64,000 nucleotides of DNA from an uncultured bacterium. Its GTDB lineage: Bacteria; Bacillota; Clostridia; Christensenellales; QALW01. A program made the position numbers and the translations under genes. The notes under the pieces are model-generated. The model was given only the letters and a program-made list of their open reading frames with translations, searched no databases and was not told the DNA's origin. Location of the stretch: the NCBI GenBank assembly GCA_905214315.1, contig CAJMLN010000002.1:9907-73906 (forward strand), written 5' to 3'. Shown piece after piece: positions 47,244 to 57,184 of the stretch (position 1 is the stretch's first letter; every line of letters begins with the position of its first letter).

Positions 47244-49694
47244 ATGAAACGGATGTATTTGCTCTGCAACGCACATATCGATCCTATGTGGCAGTGGGAA
47301 TGGAAGGAGGGCGTCGGCGCGGCGATCTCCACGTTCCGCGTGGCCGCCGAGCTTTGCGAGCAGTATGACGCCTTTATTTTTAACCACAACGAGGCGCTGC
47401 TGTATGAATGGATTGAAGAGTTTGAGCCTGCGCTGTTTGCCCGGATTCAGGCCCTGGTAAAAAAGGGAAACTGGCATATCATGGGCGGCTGGTATCTTCA
47501 GCCCGACTGCAATATGCCCACCGGCGAATCCTTTGCGCGCCAGATCAGCGCCGGAAGACGCTATTTTAAAGAAAAATTCGGCGCCGAGCCTTCCACCGCC
47601 GTTAATTTTGACCCCTTCGGTCACACAAAGGGCATTGTGCAAATTATGGAAAAAAGCGGCTTTGACAGCTATATTATCTGCCGCCCCTACGATCATGTTC
47701 CCGATACGGATCGCTTCCTGTGGAAGGGCTTTGCCGGCAGCCAGGTGCGCGTGCTGCGTCTGCCGTGCTACAATTCGCGGCTGGGCCACGCGGTGGAGCG
47801 CATAGGCGAGGAGCTGGAAAAGCAAAAAAATGAAGAATACGGCGTAATCCTATGGGGGGTGGGCAATCATGGCGGCGGTCCCTCTAAAATTGATTTGGAA
47901 GAAATCGCAAAGCTGATAGCGTCTTCAGAGAATATTGAGATCCTGCACGTGGCCCCGGAAGAATTTTTTGCCGCCTGCGGGGAAGAGAAATGGCCGGAGC
48001 ACAGCAATTCGCTGCAGCATACGATGGTGGGCTGCTACAGCTCGCAAATACGCATGAAGCAGCTGCACCGCAAGCTGGAGCATGAGCTGCTTTCAACGGA
48101 AAAAATGGTTTCGGCCGCGGCGGCGCAGGGCTTGATGGACTATCCCCGCGCGGCGCTGGAGACGGCGTGGAAGGATCTGATGTTTGCCCAGTTCCACGAC
48201 ATTCTGCCCGGCTCGTCGATTCAGCCGGTGGAGGAGGCGGGCCTTCAGCTGCTGAGCCACGGTCTGGTTGAGGCCGACCGGCTGAAAACAAAGGCGTTTT
48301 TCAAGCTTTCCGCCGGACAGAAGCGCGCGAAGGACGGAGAGATTCCGGTTCTGGTTTACAATCCGCATCCGTTTGCCGCAGAGGAGGATATCGTCTGCGA
48401 GCTGATGCTGGCCGATCAGAACTGGAATGATGAATTTATTGATATTTCGGTATTCGATGAGAACGGCCTTTCGGTGCCCGCCCAGACGGAAAAAGAGTAC
48501 AGCAATATTCCGATTCAGTGGCGCAAGCGCGTGGCCTTTCGCGCAAAGCTCACGCCCTTCGGCATGACGCGCTTTGACCTGCGTACAAGCGCGCTTCCCT
48601 GCCGAAAGGTGCCTGAGGCAAAGCGGGAGGGCGACTGCTTTGTGTTTGAGGGCTGCCGGTACCGTGCAAAATTAAATACCGCCACCGGCCTTCTGGAAAG
48701 CTATGAGGCCGACGGAAAGGAATATTTAAAGCAGCCCACAGGCCGGCTGCTTGTCATTGCCGACGACGAGGATCCCTGGGGTATGCGCGTGCAGGGGTAT
48801 CAGGACGTGCAATATGCTTTTGCACTGGCTTCCCCGAAGGAGACGGCGGCGATCTGCAGTCTTTCGGTTCCCGCCCTGGCGCCGGTGCATATCGTGGAGG
48901 ATGGTCCCGTGCGTACAATTGCCGAGTGTGTGTTTGTCTCCTCCGCGGGGCAAGCCGTGGTGCGGTACACCTTCCCCAGGCAGGACGGCTATATCGATAT
49001 CCATATCCGCCTGATTACGGCGGCAAAAAACACAATGTTCAAATACGTTCTGGATACCGTGCTTGACGACGGTGCTCTTTTGGGTAAAACTGCGTATGGC
49101 TTGGATGACCTGCGGCAGAACGGCCTGGAATGTGTGGCGCAGGAATATGTACTGCTGCATACCCCGGAGCATGCTCTGAGCGTAGCCAATACCGGCACCT
49201 ATGCTTTAAGCTCTGAAAACGGCGCGCTGCTGCTGACCCTGCAGCGTACGCCCGCCTATTGCGCGCATCCGCTGGAGGGACGGCAGATTCTGCCGCAGGA
49301 CCGTTTCCATGAGCACAGCGATCAGGGCGAGCGGCAGTTCTTTTTCCGGGTGCAGGCCTCCTCCGCGAGGGAGCGTCGGCAAAAGATCAATGCGGAGGCG
49401 CTGTTGCTGAATCAGGCGCCGACGGCGGTCTGCTTCTTCCCGCCCGAAAGCGGCGAAAAGCCCCTGCCGGGCTGCCTGACGGATAACCCTGTCATCGAGC
49501 TTTCCTCCCTGAAGGAGGCCTTTGACGGCGACGGTTACACCCTGCGCCTGTTTAACCCCGACAGCGAAGAGCAGACCGTATGCGTAACGCTGCCGGCGCT
49601 TGAAGCCTCCTTTACCGCGGCCCTGATGCCCCTGGAGGTGCTCTCCTACCGCATCCGCGGCGGCAAGGCGGAGCCGTGCGCGCTTACGGACTGA
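47244..49694 (+). CDS. Glycoside hydrolase family 38 alpha-mannosidase (cytoplasmic)
   Basis: N-terminal LCNAHIDPMWQWEW...GGWYLQPDCNMP matches the GH38 catalytic-domain pattern. 816 aa, no signal peptide. Confidence 0.85.
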   Translation: MKRMYLLCNAHIDPMWQWEWKEGVGAAISTFRVAAELCEQYDAFIFNHNEALLYEWIEEFEPALFARIQALVKKGNWHIMGGWYLQPDCNMPTGESFARQISAGRRYFKEKFGAEPSTAVNFDPFGHTKGIVQIMEKSGFDSYIICRPYDHVPDTDRFLWKGFAGSQVRVLRLPCYNSRLGHAVERIGEELEKQKNEEYGVILWGVGNHGGGPSKIDLEEIAKLIASSENIEILHVAPEEFFAACGEEKWPEHSNSLQHTMVGCYSSQIRMKQLHRKLEHELLSTEKMVSAAAAQGLMDYPRAALETAWKDLMFAQFHDILPGSSIQPVEEAGLQLLSHGLVEADRLKTKAFFKLSAGQKRAKDGEIPVLVYNPHPFAAEEDIVCELMLADQNWNDEFIDISVFDENGLSVPAQTEKEYSNIPIQWRKRVAFRAKLTPFGMTRFDLRTSALPCRKVPEAKREGDCFVFEGCRYRAKLNTATGLLESYEADGKEYLKQPTGRLLVIADDEDPWGMRVQGYQDVQYAFALASPKETAAICSLSVPALAPVHIVEDGPVRTIAECVFVSSAGQAVVRYTFPRQDGYIDIHIRLITAAKNTMFKYVLDTVLDDGALLGKTAYGLDDLRQNGLECVAQEYVLLHTPEHALSVANTGTYALSSENGALLLTLQRTPAYCAHPLEGRQILPQDRFHEHSDQGERQFFFRVQASSARERRQKINAEALLLNQAPTAVCFFPPESGEKPLPGCLTDNPVIELSSLKEAFDGDGYTLRLFNPDSEEQTVCVTLPALEASFTAALMPLEVLSYRIRGGKAEPCALTD

Positions 49695-49712
49695 TTGCGG
49701 AAAGCAAAATAA

Positions 49713-49742
49713 AAATCCCCTGTTTGACGACAGGGGATTTTC
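49713..49742 (+). terminator. Rho-independent terminator of the GH38 gene
   Basis: AAATCCCCTG-N8-CAGGGGATTT, followed by T. Confidence 0.75.
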
Positions 49743-49854
49743 ATTGTTGGAATACCGCCGCCGCGCGGCCGTGCGCTTTCGGGCCGGCTTAAAGCGGTGC
49801 TGTCCGTAAAGGGGGCTGCGGGTTGTTTCCCGATCCATTCCGGCTGCGGAATAC

Positions 49855-49890
49855 AGGAAAACGGCGCCGAACTTTTCCGGCGCCGTTTAA
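49855..49890 (-). terminator. Rho-independent terminator of serA
   Basis: AAACGGCGCCG-N8-CGGCGCCGTTT at 49859-49888, 13 nt beyond the serA stop. Confidence 0.75.
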
Positions 49891-49901
49891 AAATACAGCG
49901 A

Positions 49902-51065
49902 TCAGATTACGCGTACGCGGATGACGTTTTCAACCGCGGCGATGATATCCGCAATTTCGGGCTTAAACGAATTGTCGATATCGATAATGGTATAGGCGTA
50001 ATCACCCTTGGAGGCGTTGATCATGCCGCTGATATTCTCACCGTGCGCCGCAATGGCCGCGGTGATCTGTCCCACCATATTGCTGGTGTTCTTGTGCATT
50101 ACGGTAAGGCGGGCCTTGCCGGTGCGCGCAAGAGCCACGTTGGGATAGTTTACGCTGTTCTTGATGGTGCCCATTTCAATATAATCGCGCAGCTCGCGGG
50201 AGGCCATGGCAGCGCAGTTATCCTCGGATTCGGGGGTGGAGGCGCCCAGGTGCGGCAGTACCACCACGCCCTTGCAGCCTAAAAGCGCGTCATCGGCAAA
50301 ATCGGTGGCGTATTTATAGACCTTGCCGGAGGCGCAGGCCTCGATGATATCCGCATTCTTTACCAGGCCGCCGCGGGCAAAGTTCAGGATCATAACGCCG
50401 TCCTTCATGGAAGCGATGGACTCTTTATTGATCATGCCCTTGGTAGAATCGATCTGCGGCACGTGCAGGGAAATTACGTCGCTTTGGGCCATCAGCTGCT
50501 CCAGGCTTTCGGCCTTTTTAACCGCGCGGGAGAGCCGCCAGGCGGCGTCGACCGAAACGAAGGGATCATAGCCCAGCACGTGCATTCCCAGCTCCGCCGC
50601 GGCGTTGGCCACCAGGCCGCCGATGGCGCCCAGGCCGATTACGCCTAAGGTCTTGCCCTTGATTTCCGGACCCACGAACTGGCTTTTGCCCTTTTCGGCC
50701 ATCTTGGCTACGGCGTCGCCGTTTCCCTTGAGGGTCTTGGCCCAGTCCACGGCCTCAAACATGTTGCGGCTGGCGGCGATCATGGCGCCGATTACCAGCT
50801 CCTTTACCGCGTTGGCGTTGGCGCCGGGAGTATTGAATACCACGATGCCCTTTTCCGCGCAGGCCTCTACCGGAATGTTGTTCACGCCCGCGCCGGCACG
50901 CGCTACGGCCAGCGTGGCCGGTGAAAAGTCATAGCTGAGCATATCCGCCGAACGCACCAGGATGCCTACCGGGTCCTTTGCGTCCTCCGCAATATGATAC
51001 CGGTCTTCCGGTAAATTTTCCTTTACAACCTCCGCAATGGAGTTCAGCTTTAAGATCTCCGTCAT
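49902..51065 (-). CDS. serA: D-3-phosphoglycerate dehydrogenase with C-terminal ACT domain
   Basis: 2-hydroxyacid dehydrogenase fold (GKTLGVIGLGAIGGLVA) and an ACT-like tail. Adjacent to serC. Confidence 0.88.
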   Translation of the reverse strand: MTEILKLNSIAEVVKENLPEDRYHIAEDAKDPVGILVRSADMLSYDFSPATLAVARAGAGVNNIPVEACAEKGIVVFNTPGANANAVKELVIGAMIAASRNMFEAVDWAKTLKGNGDAVAKMAEKGKSQFVGPEIKGKTLGVIGLGAIGGLVANAAAELGMHVLGYDPFVSVDAAWRLSRAVKKAESLEQLMAQSDVISLHVPQIDSTKGMINKESIASMKDGVMILNFARGGLVKNADIIEACASGKVYKYATDFADDALLGCKGVVVLPHLGASTPESEDNCAAMASRELRDYIEMGTIKNSVNYPNVALARTGKARLTVMHKNTSNMVGQITAAIAAHGENISGMINASKGDYAYTIIDIDNSFKPEIADIIAAVENVIRVRVI

Positions 51066-51074
51066 CTTTCTACC

Positions 51075-52151
51075 TCACTTATTTTCCGCTTCAAATTTCT
51101 TCATAAAGGCAACCAGCTTTTCCACGCCCTCAAGCGGCATAGCGTTGTAGATGGATGCGCGCATACCGCCTACCAGACGGTGACCCTTTAAGGAAACCAG
51201 ACCCTCGGCCGCGGCCTCCTTTACAAATTTGGCGTCCAGCTCGGCGCTGGGGGTAACAAAGGGAACGTTCATAAGGGAGCGGTCCTCTTTTTTTACGGTG
51301 TTTTTATAAAAATCACTGCTGTCGATGGCATCATAGAGCAGCGCGGCCTTTTGAAGATTTTTCTTCTGCACGGCCTCTACGCCGCCCATTTCCTTGATCC
51401 AGCGGAACACGAGCATCGAAATGTAAATGCTGTAGCAGGGGGGCGTGTTGTAAAGGCTGTCGGCGTCGGCCTGGGTCTTCCACATCAGCATTTTGGGGCA
51501 GTCCGCCTTGGCCTGGTCCAAAAGATCCTCGCGCACGATGACCACCGTAACGCCAGCGGGGCCGATGTTCTTCTGCGCGCCGGCATAGATCACGCCGAAT
51601 TTGGTTACGTCCACCGGCTCGGAAAGAATCATGGAGGACATATCCGCCACCAGCGGCACATCGCCGGTTTCGGGCACATAGTTGTATTTGGTGCCGAAAA
51701 TGGTGTTGTTGAAGGTGATATGTACAAAATCGGCCTCGGGGTCGATCCTATCCTTTGTTATCTGGGGAATGTAGGTATAAACCGCATCCTCGCTGGAGGC
51801 AACCACTCTGGCGTTTGTCAGGCGCGCGCCCTCCTTGGCCGCAAGGGAAGCAAAATTGCCGGTTACGATATAGTCGCCCCTGCCGTTTTTATGCAGGTTT
51901 AACGGAATGGCCCCGAACTGTGTGGAAGCGCCGCCCTGCAGGAACAGCACCTTATAATTTTCGGGAATGTTCATCAGCTCGCGGAGAAGTGCTTCGGCTT
52001 CCTTGATGATGGCGTCGTAACACTTTGCGCGGTGGCTCATTTCAAGAACGCTCATGCCTGAACCTTCATAGTCAAGCATATCTGCTGCAGCTTTTTTTAA
52101 TACCGGTTCCGGCAGCATGGACGGACCGGCACTGAAATTATAAACTCTCAT
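51075..52151 (-). CDS. serC: Phosphoserine aminotransferase
   Basis: [18 protein letters not shown]...[10 protein letters not shown], the class V aminotransferase SerC pattern. Confidence 0.93.
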   Translation of the reverse strand: MRVYNFSAGPSMLPEPVLKKAAADMLDYEGSGMSVLEMSHRAKCYDAIIKEAEALLRELMNIPENYKVLFLQGGASTQFGAIPLNLHKNGRGDYIVTGNFASLAAKEGARLTNARVVASSEDAVYTYIPQITKDRIDPEADFVHITFNNTIFGTKYNYVPETGDVPLVADMSSMILSEPVDVTKFGVIYAGAQKNIGPAGVTVVIVREDLLDQAKADCPKMLMWKTQADADSLYNTPPCYSIYISMLVFRWIKEMGGVEAVQKKNLQKAALLYDAIDSSDFYKNTVKKEDRSLMNVPFVTPSAELDAKFVKEAAAEGLVSLKGHRLVGGMRASIYNAMPLEGVEKLVAFMKKFEAENK

Positions 52152-52213
52152 GTCTTCAGCCTCCTATAAGCCCTAAAAATTTTTCTCGCGCAAATGAAAA
52201 ACGCGTTGCAAAC

Positions 52214-52242
52214 ATTATACTACTGCTTTGCTTTTCGCGCAA
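52214..52242 (-). promoter_or_regulatory. Candidate promoter of serC-serA
   Basis: Minus strand: TTGCGC, 17 nt, TATAAT, about 60 nt upstream of serC. Confidence 0.45.
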
Positions 52243-52471
52243 GCGGATTCCGCCTGTCCGCGCCTGTTTTTTGCCGGAGGGGCGTGAATTTCTGTCCGCG
52301 AGATGTGCATTGCAAAAGACGGAAGACCCGGAAGCAGGCACGCAGCCGTTTTTGATAAATACTAAGGATTTTTTGTTGTATTTTGCGGCGGGGCATGTTA
52401 TACTGTTCTTATACATATATCAGTATATGTGTTTTGGTATGCCGATGAAATCAATAAGAAGGAGATTTTTT

Positions 52472-54565
52472 ATGTTTTGTGAAAAATGCGGCGCCGCACT
52501 TGAGGACGGCGTAAAATTCTGCCCTTCCTGCGGCGAAAGTACCGCGCAGACCGCGCCTGAAGCGCAGCCGGCCGCGGAGGGACCTTCTCCCGTACCGGGA
52601 AAAAAACGCGGAAAATGGTGGATCGGTCTGCTGGCCGCCGGCGTGCTGATTTGCGCGGCGTTGCTGTGCGTATTCGTATTCCCGCGGGATGTGCAGCATC
52701 TGGTGCTGGGCGACGAGGGCTATGCCCGGCACCTGGCAAAGCAGGCGGCGGAAAGACTGGCGGAGAACACCGCCTGGGCGGAAGAGGAGCGGCAGGGAAG
52801 CGCGGAGATTACGCCGGTTGTAAAATTCGGCCCAGTCTTTGAGGAGAGCGGTGCATCGGAAGAAGAGCTGAAGGCGCTGGAGGAGTATCTTAACGCGCTG
52901 CGGCTGCGCATGGATCTTTTATGGGAAAAAGAGCAGCTGAAGGCAGAGTACCGCCTGGAGGACGCCGACGGCCGGCTGCTCTCCGCTCAGGCGCTGATAG
53001 AAAAGGACGCGGCTTCTGTCCGGCTGCCGGAGGTTGCGGAAGAGTATTTTAAGGCGGCGGCGGACTATTCGTCCCTGTTTCAGCAGGACGGCGCTGACGC
53101 CCGGAGGCTGCGGCAGAGCCTGAAAGCGCTGGCCGAGACGTATACCGAAGCGCTGGAGGAGGCGGACTGCCGCTACCGGGAGGACGTGCGCCTGAAGGTG
53201 CATGATGTTGCTGTGGAGGCCGACCGCGCGGAGATCACCTTTAGCGGCAGGGACGCCGCGGAGCTGCTGATTTCGCTTTTGGAGACCGCACGGGAGGATG
53301 AATACCTGGAGGAGCTGTTTCAAAGCAGCAGCGAAGGGTTCGGCGATTATCACGAAATGATCGATGAGCTGATTGCTTCCCTGAAAGAGAGTAAAAAGGA
53401 TATGGGCAGCGACGACGCGGCCTTTACAACGGCCTTTTATCTGAACACGCAGAACCGGTGCGTGGGGCTGGAGCTTTCCCTGACGATTGACGGCTCCACA
53501 GCGACGCTGAAGCTGATTCCCGGCCGCGGCGCTGCCTCGGAGAAGGCGCTTTGCCTGGATTTTGACGGCAAGGAGCTGTTCTACGCCACCTGGAAGGGCG
53601 AAAAAGCGTCTGCCGAAGGAGAGGCGGCCGTGAATGTTTCGGTTATGGAGGGAGAGAACCAGAATACCTTTTTCGGCATACGCTATGAGGCGGAAAATCT
53701 GAAAGCGGTAAAATACAACGGACGGAACGTACTTACCGGCAGCTGTTCCTTCCGGCTGTATGATCCGCAGAACCTGCTGGAGGAGCAGGCCGGCGCCGAG
53801 ACGGCAAAAAGCCTGAAGGAGGCCAGGATAACCGCGGCGGTTACTGCCGCAGGCGACAGCCGTGAGGTGACGCTGAAGCTGGAGTCGGAGGAGGCCGGCG
53901 TCTTCGGTGCGGTCATCCGCGAAACCCCCAAAGCGGAATTTTCCGAGATGCCCGCCCAGACGGAAGAAAATACCTATATTATAGGCGAGGCCGAAGGCGC
54001 AGAAGCCCTGCGCAGCGGCTTTATTTCCTGGAGCGAGAGCCTGGCGGAGCGCCGGAGTTTAGGAGAAGCCGCGCCGTATATCAGCCGGGAGCTCAAGGCG
54101 CTGTTTTCGGATCCGGTAAAAGCTCTGGCGGGAGAATGGCGGGCTTCGGTGGATATCAGCGATTATATGAACGCGCCCTTCTCGCTGGAGGTTACCCTTC
54201 TTTTAACCGAGGACGGAACCATGAGCATGGCGCTGGATACCCAACAGCTGCAGCAGGATTTGAAGGCTTATATGCTGGATTCCATTGCACAGGTGTTTAC
54301 GCCGCAGGAGCTGCAGGCAGCGGGCCTTGCCTCTGTGGAAGAGGTGCTGGAGCAGGTGGCCTATGAGGAGGGGTATTGGAGCACGGAATCGTATATCTGC
54401 GCGGTTGCGCAGGGGATTGCCGGGGACTTTGAAGGGAAGCTGCTGAACGGAACATTTACCTGTGAAGACGACGTTTTGGTGGTGAACGGTAAAGCCATTC
54501 CCTATATGCTGCAGGAGGATCTGCTGGAGCTTGACGGTATTTATTTCAGACGGAGGGCAGCGTAA
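52472..54565 (+). CDS. Zinc-ribbon / single-TM protein with a large acidic extracytoplasmic domain (hypothetical)
   Basis: 697 aa from MFCEKCGAALEDGVKFCPSCG (two CxxC pairs), then a Pro/Ala linker and the TM helix WWIGLLAAGVLICAALLCVFVF. SD AAGAAGGAG precedes the ATG at 52472. The track ORF is extended upstream. Confidence 0.7.
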   Translation: MFCEKCGAALEDGVKFCPSCGESTAQTAPEAQPAAEGPSPVPGKKRGKWWIGLLAAGVLICAALLCVFVFPRDVQHLVLGDEGYARHLAKQAAERLAENTAWAEEERQGSAEITPVVKFGPVFEESGASEEELKALEEYLNALRLRMDLLWEKEQLKAEYRLEDADGRLLSAQALIEKDAASVRLPEVAEEYFKAAADYSSLFQQDGADARRLRQSLKALAETYTEALEEADCRYREDVRLKVHDVAVEADRAEITFSGRDAAELLISLLETAREDEYLEELFQSSSEGFGDYHEMIDELIASLKESKKDMGSDDAAFTTAFYLNTQNRCVGLELSLTIDGSTATLKLIPGRGAASEKALCLDFDGKELFYATWKGEKASAEGEAAVNVSVMEGENQNTFFGIRYEAENLKAVKYNGRNVLTGSCSFRLYDPQNLLEEQAGAETAKSLKEARITAAVTAAGDSREVTLKLESEEAGVFGAVIRETPKAEFSEMPAQTEENTYIIGEAEGAEALRSGFISWSESLAERRSLGEAAPYISRELKALFSDPVKALAGEWRASVDISDYMNAPFSLEVTLLLTEDGTMSMALDTQQLQQDLKAYMLDSIAQVFTPQELQAAGLASVEEVLEQVAYEEGYWSTESYICAVAQGIAGDFEGKLLNGTFTCEDDVLVVNGKAIPYMLQEDLLELDGIYFRRRAA

Positions 54566-54638
54566 GACCGGATTTTCTGAATGCGGACCCGCTGCAGCAG
54601 AGGGGAAGTCCCCATGCTAAAGAAGATATCGTATAGAT

Positions 54639-54677
54639 AGGGCCGAGCCCAAGAGGCGGCCCTGTCTGTTTTTTTAG
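54639..54677 (+). terminator. Rho-independent terminator
   Basis: AGGGCCG-N11-CGGCCCT, followed by GTCTGTTTTTTT. Confidence 0.7.
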
Positions 54678-54852
54678 GCGGGGGCGCGGCCATGCGTCAA
54701 TGCAGCAAGCGGTTTGAAGGGCACTTTTTCAGCATGATATGTTTTTTCATATATTTTTTTAAAATTATTAAGATTTTCCTCCCGCAGAAAAAAACGTGAA
54801 GAGCTCGCTTTTTGGGCTGAAAACCTCGCTTATTTTTGTAAAAGGACCTATA

Positions 54853-54881
54853 TTGACAAGATTTTATTTGTGCGCTAAAAT
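54853..54881 (+). promoter_or_regulatory. Promoter of the marR-ABC operon
   Basis: TTGACA, 17 nt, TAAAAT, about 60 nt upstream of the MarR start. Confidence 0.55.
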
Positions 54882-54944
54882 ACGTTTGTTTCCGAACAAT
54901 TTTTAACAGGGAAAAGCCTTTTCGGAAAAGGAGGAATGCCTTGC

Positions 54945-55370
54945 ATGAAAAAGGACTGCGGGATGTGGATTAATATCCTATCCCATAAGCTGAAAAAGCG
55001 TATGGATGCCGATATGCGGAACTTGGGTATTACGGGGGTGCAGAGCCGCGTAATGCATTATATTTTTATAAAGTATGCCGCTGGACCGGTGTTTCAGCGG
55101 GATGTGGAGAATGCCTTCGGCTTCAACCGTTCTACGGCTACCGGAATTTTGCAGCTGATGGAAAAGAACGGGCTGATTCTGCGGGAGAGCGCGGCTGGCG
55201 ATGCAAGACTGAAAAGCCTGATTCCCACCGAAAAAGCGGTGCTTTTGGAAGAGCAGATTGATCAATGCCTTCGCCGGACGGAGAAATGCCTTACGCGGGA
55301 TCTTTCCCAGGCGCAGCTTGCTTCGTTTTTGGAGACGGCCGAATGTATGTCCGTCAATTTAGACGGATAG
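54945..55370 (+). CDS. MarR-family transcriptional regulator
   Basis: wHTH region GITGVQSRVMHYI...RDVENAFGFNRSTATGILQLMEKNGLI.R. The ATG at 54945 is better spaced from AAGGAGG than the ATG at 54936. Confidence 0.85.
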   Translation: MKKDCGMWINILSHKLKKRMDADMRNLGITGVQSRVMHYIFIKYAAGPVFQRDVENAFGFNRSTATGILQLMEKNGLILRESAAGDARLKSLIPTEKAVLLEEQIDQCLRRTEKCLTRDLSQAQLASFLETAECMSVNLDG

Positions 55371-55435
55371 CCTGTTTTTAGAACGCACCGCGTGCATACC
55401 GGCTTGCGTTAAGTTTTGGAGGAGGAATGTTGCAT

Positions 55436-57184
55436 ATGATAAAAAAACTTGCTCGCAGTATCCGCGAGTATAAAAAGCCAGCGATTCTGACGCCTTTTCT
55501 GGTTACGGGCGAAGTGATTCTGGAATGTATTATTCCGTTCATTATCGCGAATCTGGTAAACCAGATGCAGGCCGGCTGCGATATCAATGTGATTGTTACC
55601 TATGGGATCCAGCTGGTGGTGATGGCGGTTTTATCGCTGATTTTGGGCGTCGCGGCCGGCAACACCTGCGCCGCCGCTTCCACGGGATTCGCGCGCAACC
55701 TGCGCCGGGACATGTTTTACCGGATTCAGGATTATTCCTTTGAAAACATTGATAAATTTTCCGTTTCCAGTTTGGTTACGCGGATGACTACTGATGTTAT
55801 CAATGTACAAATGTCCTTTATGATGATTATCCGCGTGGCTATCCGCGGGCCGCTGATGCTGATTTTTTCTTTTATCATGGGCTTTGCCATGGGCGGCCGG
55901 CTGGCGATGATCTTTTTGATTACGATTCCCCTGCTGAGCGTCGGCCTGATTCTGGTTATCCGCGCGGCAACGCCGATTTTCAGGCGGGTATTCCGCAAAT
56001 ACGACGCGCTTAACGATTCGGTGGAGGAAAATGTAAAGGCCATGCGCGTAGTAAAGAGCTATGTGCGGGAAAAATATGAAAAAAAGAAATTTACCGCTGC
56101 GGCTGAGGACGTCTGCAAAGACTTTACCCGCGCCGAGCGCATTATGGCTCTGAACAATCCCCTGATGCAGTTCTGCGTGTACGCGGGTATGGTGTTCGTT
56201 CTCTCCTTCGGCTCCTATGCGGTTATCACCGGTCGGGGTACGGAGATTGCAGTGGGCCAGATGTCGGCCATTCTGACCTACAGCTTCCAGATTCTGATGA
56301 GCCTGATGATGGTATCCATGGTGTTTGTAATGATCACAATGTCCATGGAGTCCGCCGAGCGCATTGTAGAGGTTTTAAACGAGAAAAGCAATCTGGTCAG
56401 CCCGGAAAATGCGCTTACTCAGGTAAAGGACGGCTCCATTGATTTTGAAAACGTCAGCTTTAAATATTCCCAAAAAGCCGAGCGTATGGCACTGGCGGAG
56501 GTAAATCTGCACATCCGCTCGGGCGAGGTCATCGGCATATTAGGCGGCACGGGCTCTTCCAAAACAACGCTGGTGCAGCTGATTCCCCGCCTCTATGACG
56601 TTACCGAGGGCTGCGTCCGGGTGGGCGGGCAGGACGTACGAAACTATGACCTGGACGTCCTGCGCAGCAGCGTAGCCGTCGTTCTGCAGAAAAACGTGCT
56701 CTTCAGCGGCACAATCAAGGATAATCTGCGCTGGGGCAATCCTGACGCGACGGATGAGGAACTCTTTGAGGCCTGTAAGCTGGCGCAGGCGGACGAATTT
56801 ATCCAGCAGTTCCCCCAAAAATACGATACGTGGATCGAGCAGGGCGGCGCCAATGTTTCCGGCGGCCAGAAACAGCGCCTGTGCATTGCCCGCGCGCTTT
56901 TGAAAAAGCCCAAGGTGCTGATCCTGGACGATTCCACCAGCGCGGTGGATACACGTACGGATATATTAATCCGGCAGGGCTTCCGCAAATTTATTCCCCA
57001 AACTACAAAGATCATTATTGCGCAGCGCGTAGCCTCCGTAGAGGACGCGGACCGCATCATCGTGATGGACGGCGGACGAATCAGCGCCATCGGCACACAT
57101 GAGGAGCTGATGAGAACCAACGCGATCTATCAGGAGATCTACACTACCCAGAATAAGGCAGGCGATCAAGATGGCGAACAATAA
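55436..57184 (+). CDS. ABC transporter permease/ATP-binding protein (exporter half, subunit 1)
   Basis: Six-TM domain plus NBD: Walker A GGTGSSKTT, signature VSGGQKQRLCIARALL, Walker B LILDDSTSAVD. Confidence 0.9.
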   Translation: MIKKLARSIREYKKPAILTPFLVTGEVILECIIPFIIANLVNQMQAGCDINVIVTYGIQLVVMAVLSLILGVAAGNTCAAASTGFARNLRRDMFYRIQDYSFENIDKFSVSSLVTRMTTDVINVQMSFMMIIRVAIRGPLMLIFSFIMGFAMGGRLAMIFLITIPLLSVGLILVIRAATPIFRRVFRKYDALNDSVEENVKAMRVVKSYVREKYEKKKFTAAAEDVCKDFTRAERIMALNNPLMQFCVYAGMVFVLSFGSYAVITGRGTEIAVGQMSAILTYSFQILMSLMMVSMVFVMITMSMESAERIVEVLNEKSNLVSPENALTQVKDGSIDFENVSFKYSQKAERMALAEVNLHIRSGEVIGILGGTGSSKTTLVQLIPRLYDVTEGCVRVGGQDVRNYDLDVLRSSVAVVLQKNVLFSGTIKDNLRWGNPDATDEELFEACKLAQADEFIQQFPQKYDTWIEQGGANVSGGQKQRLCIARALLKKPKVLILDDSTSAVDTRTDILIRQGFRKFIPQTTKIIIAQRVASVEDADRIIVMDGGRISAIGTHEELMRTNAIYQEIYTTQNKAGDQDGEQ

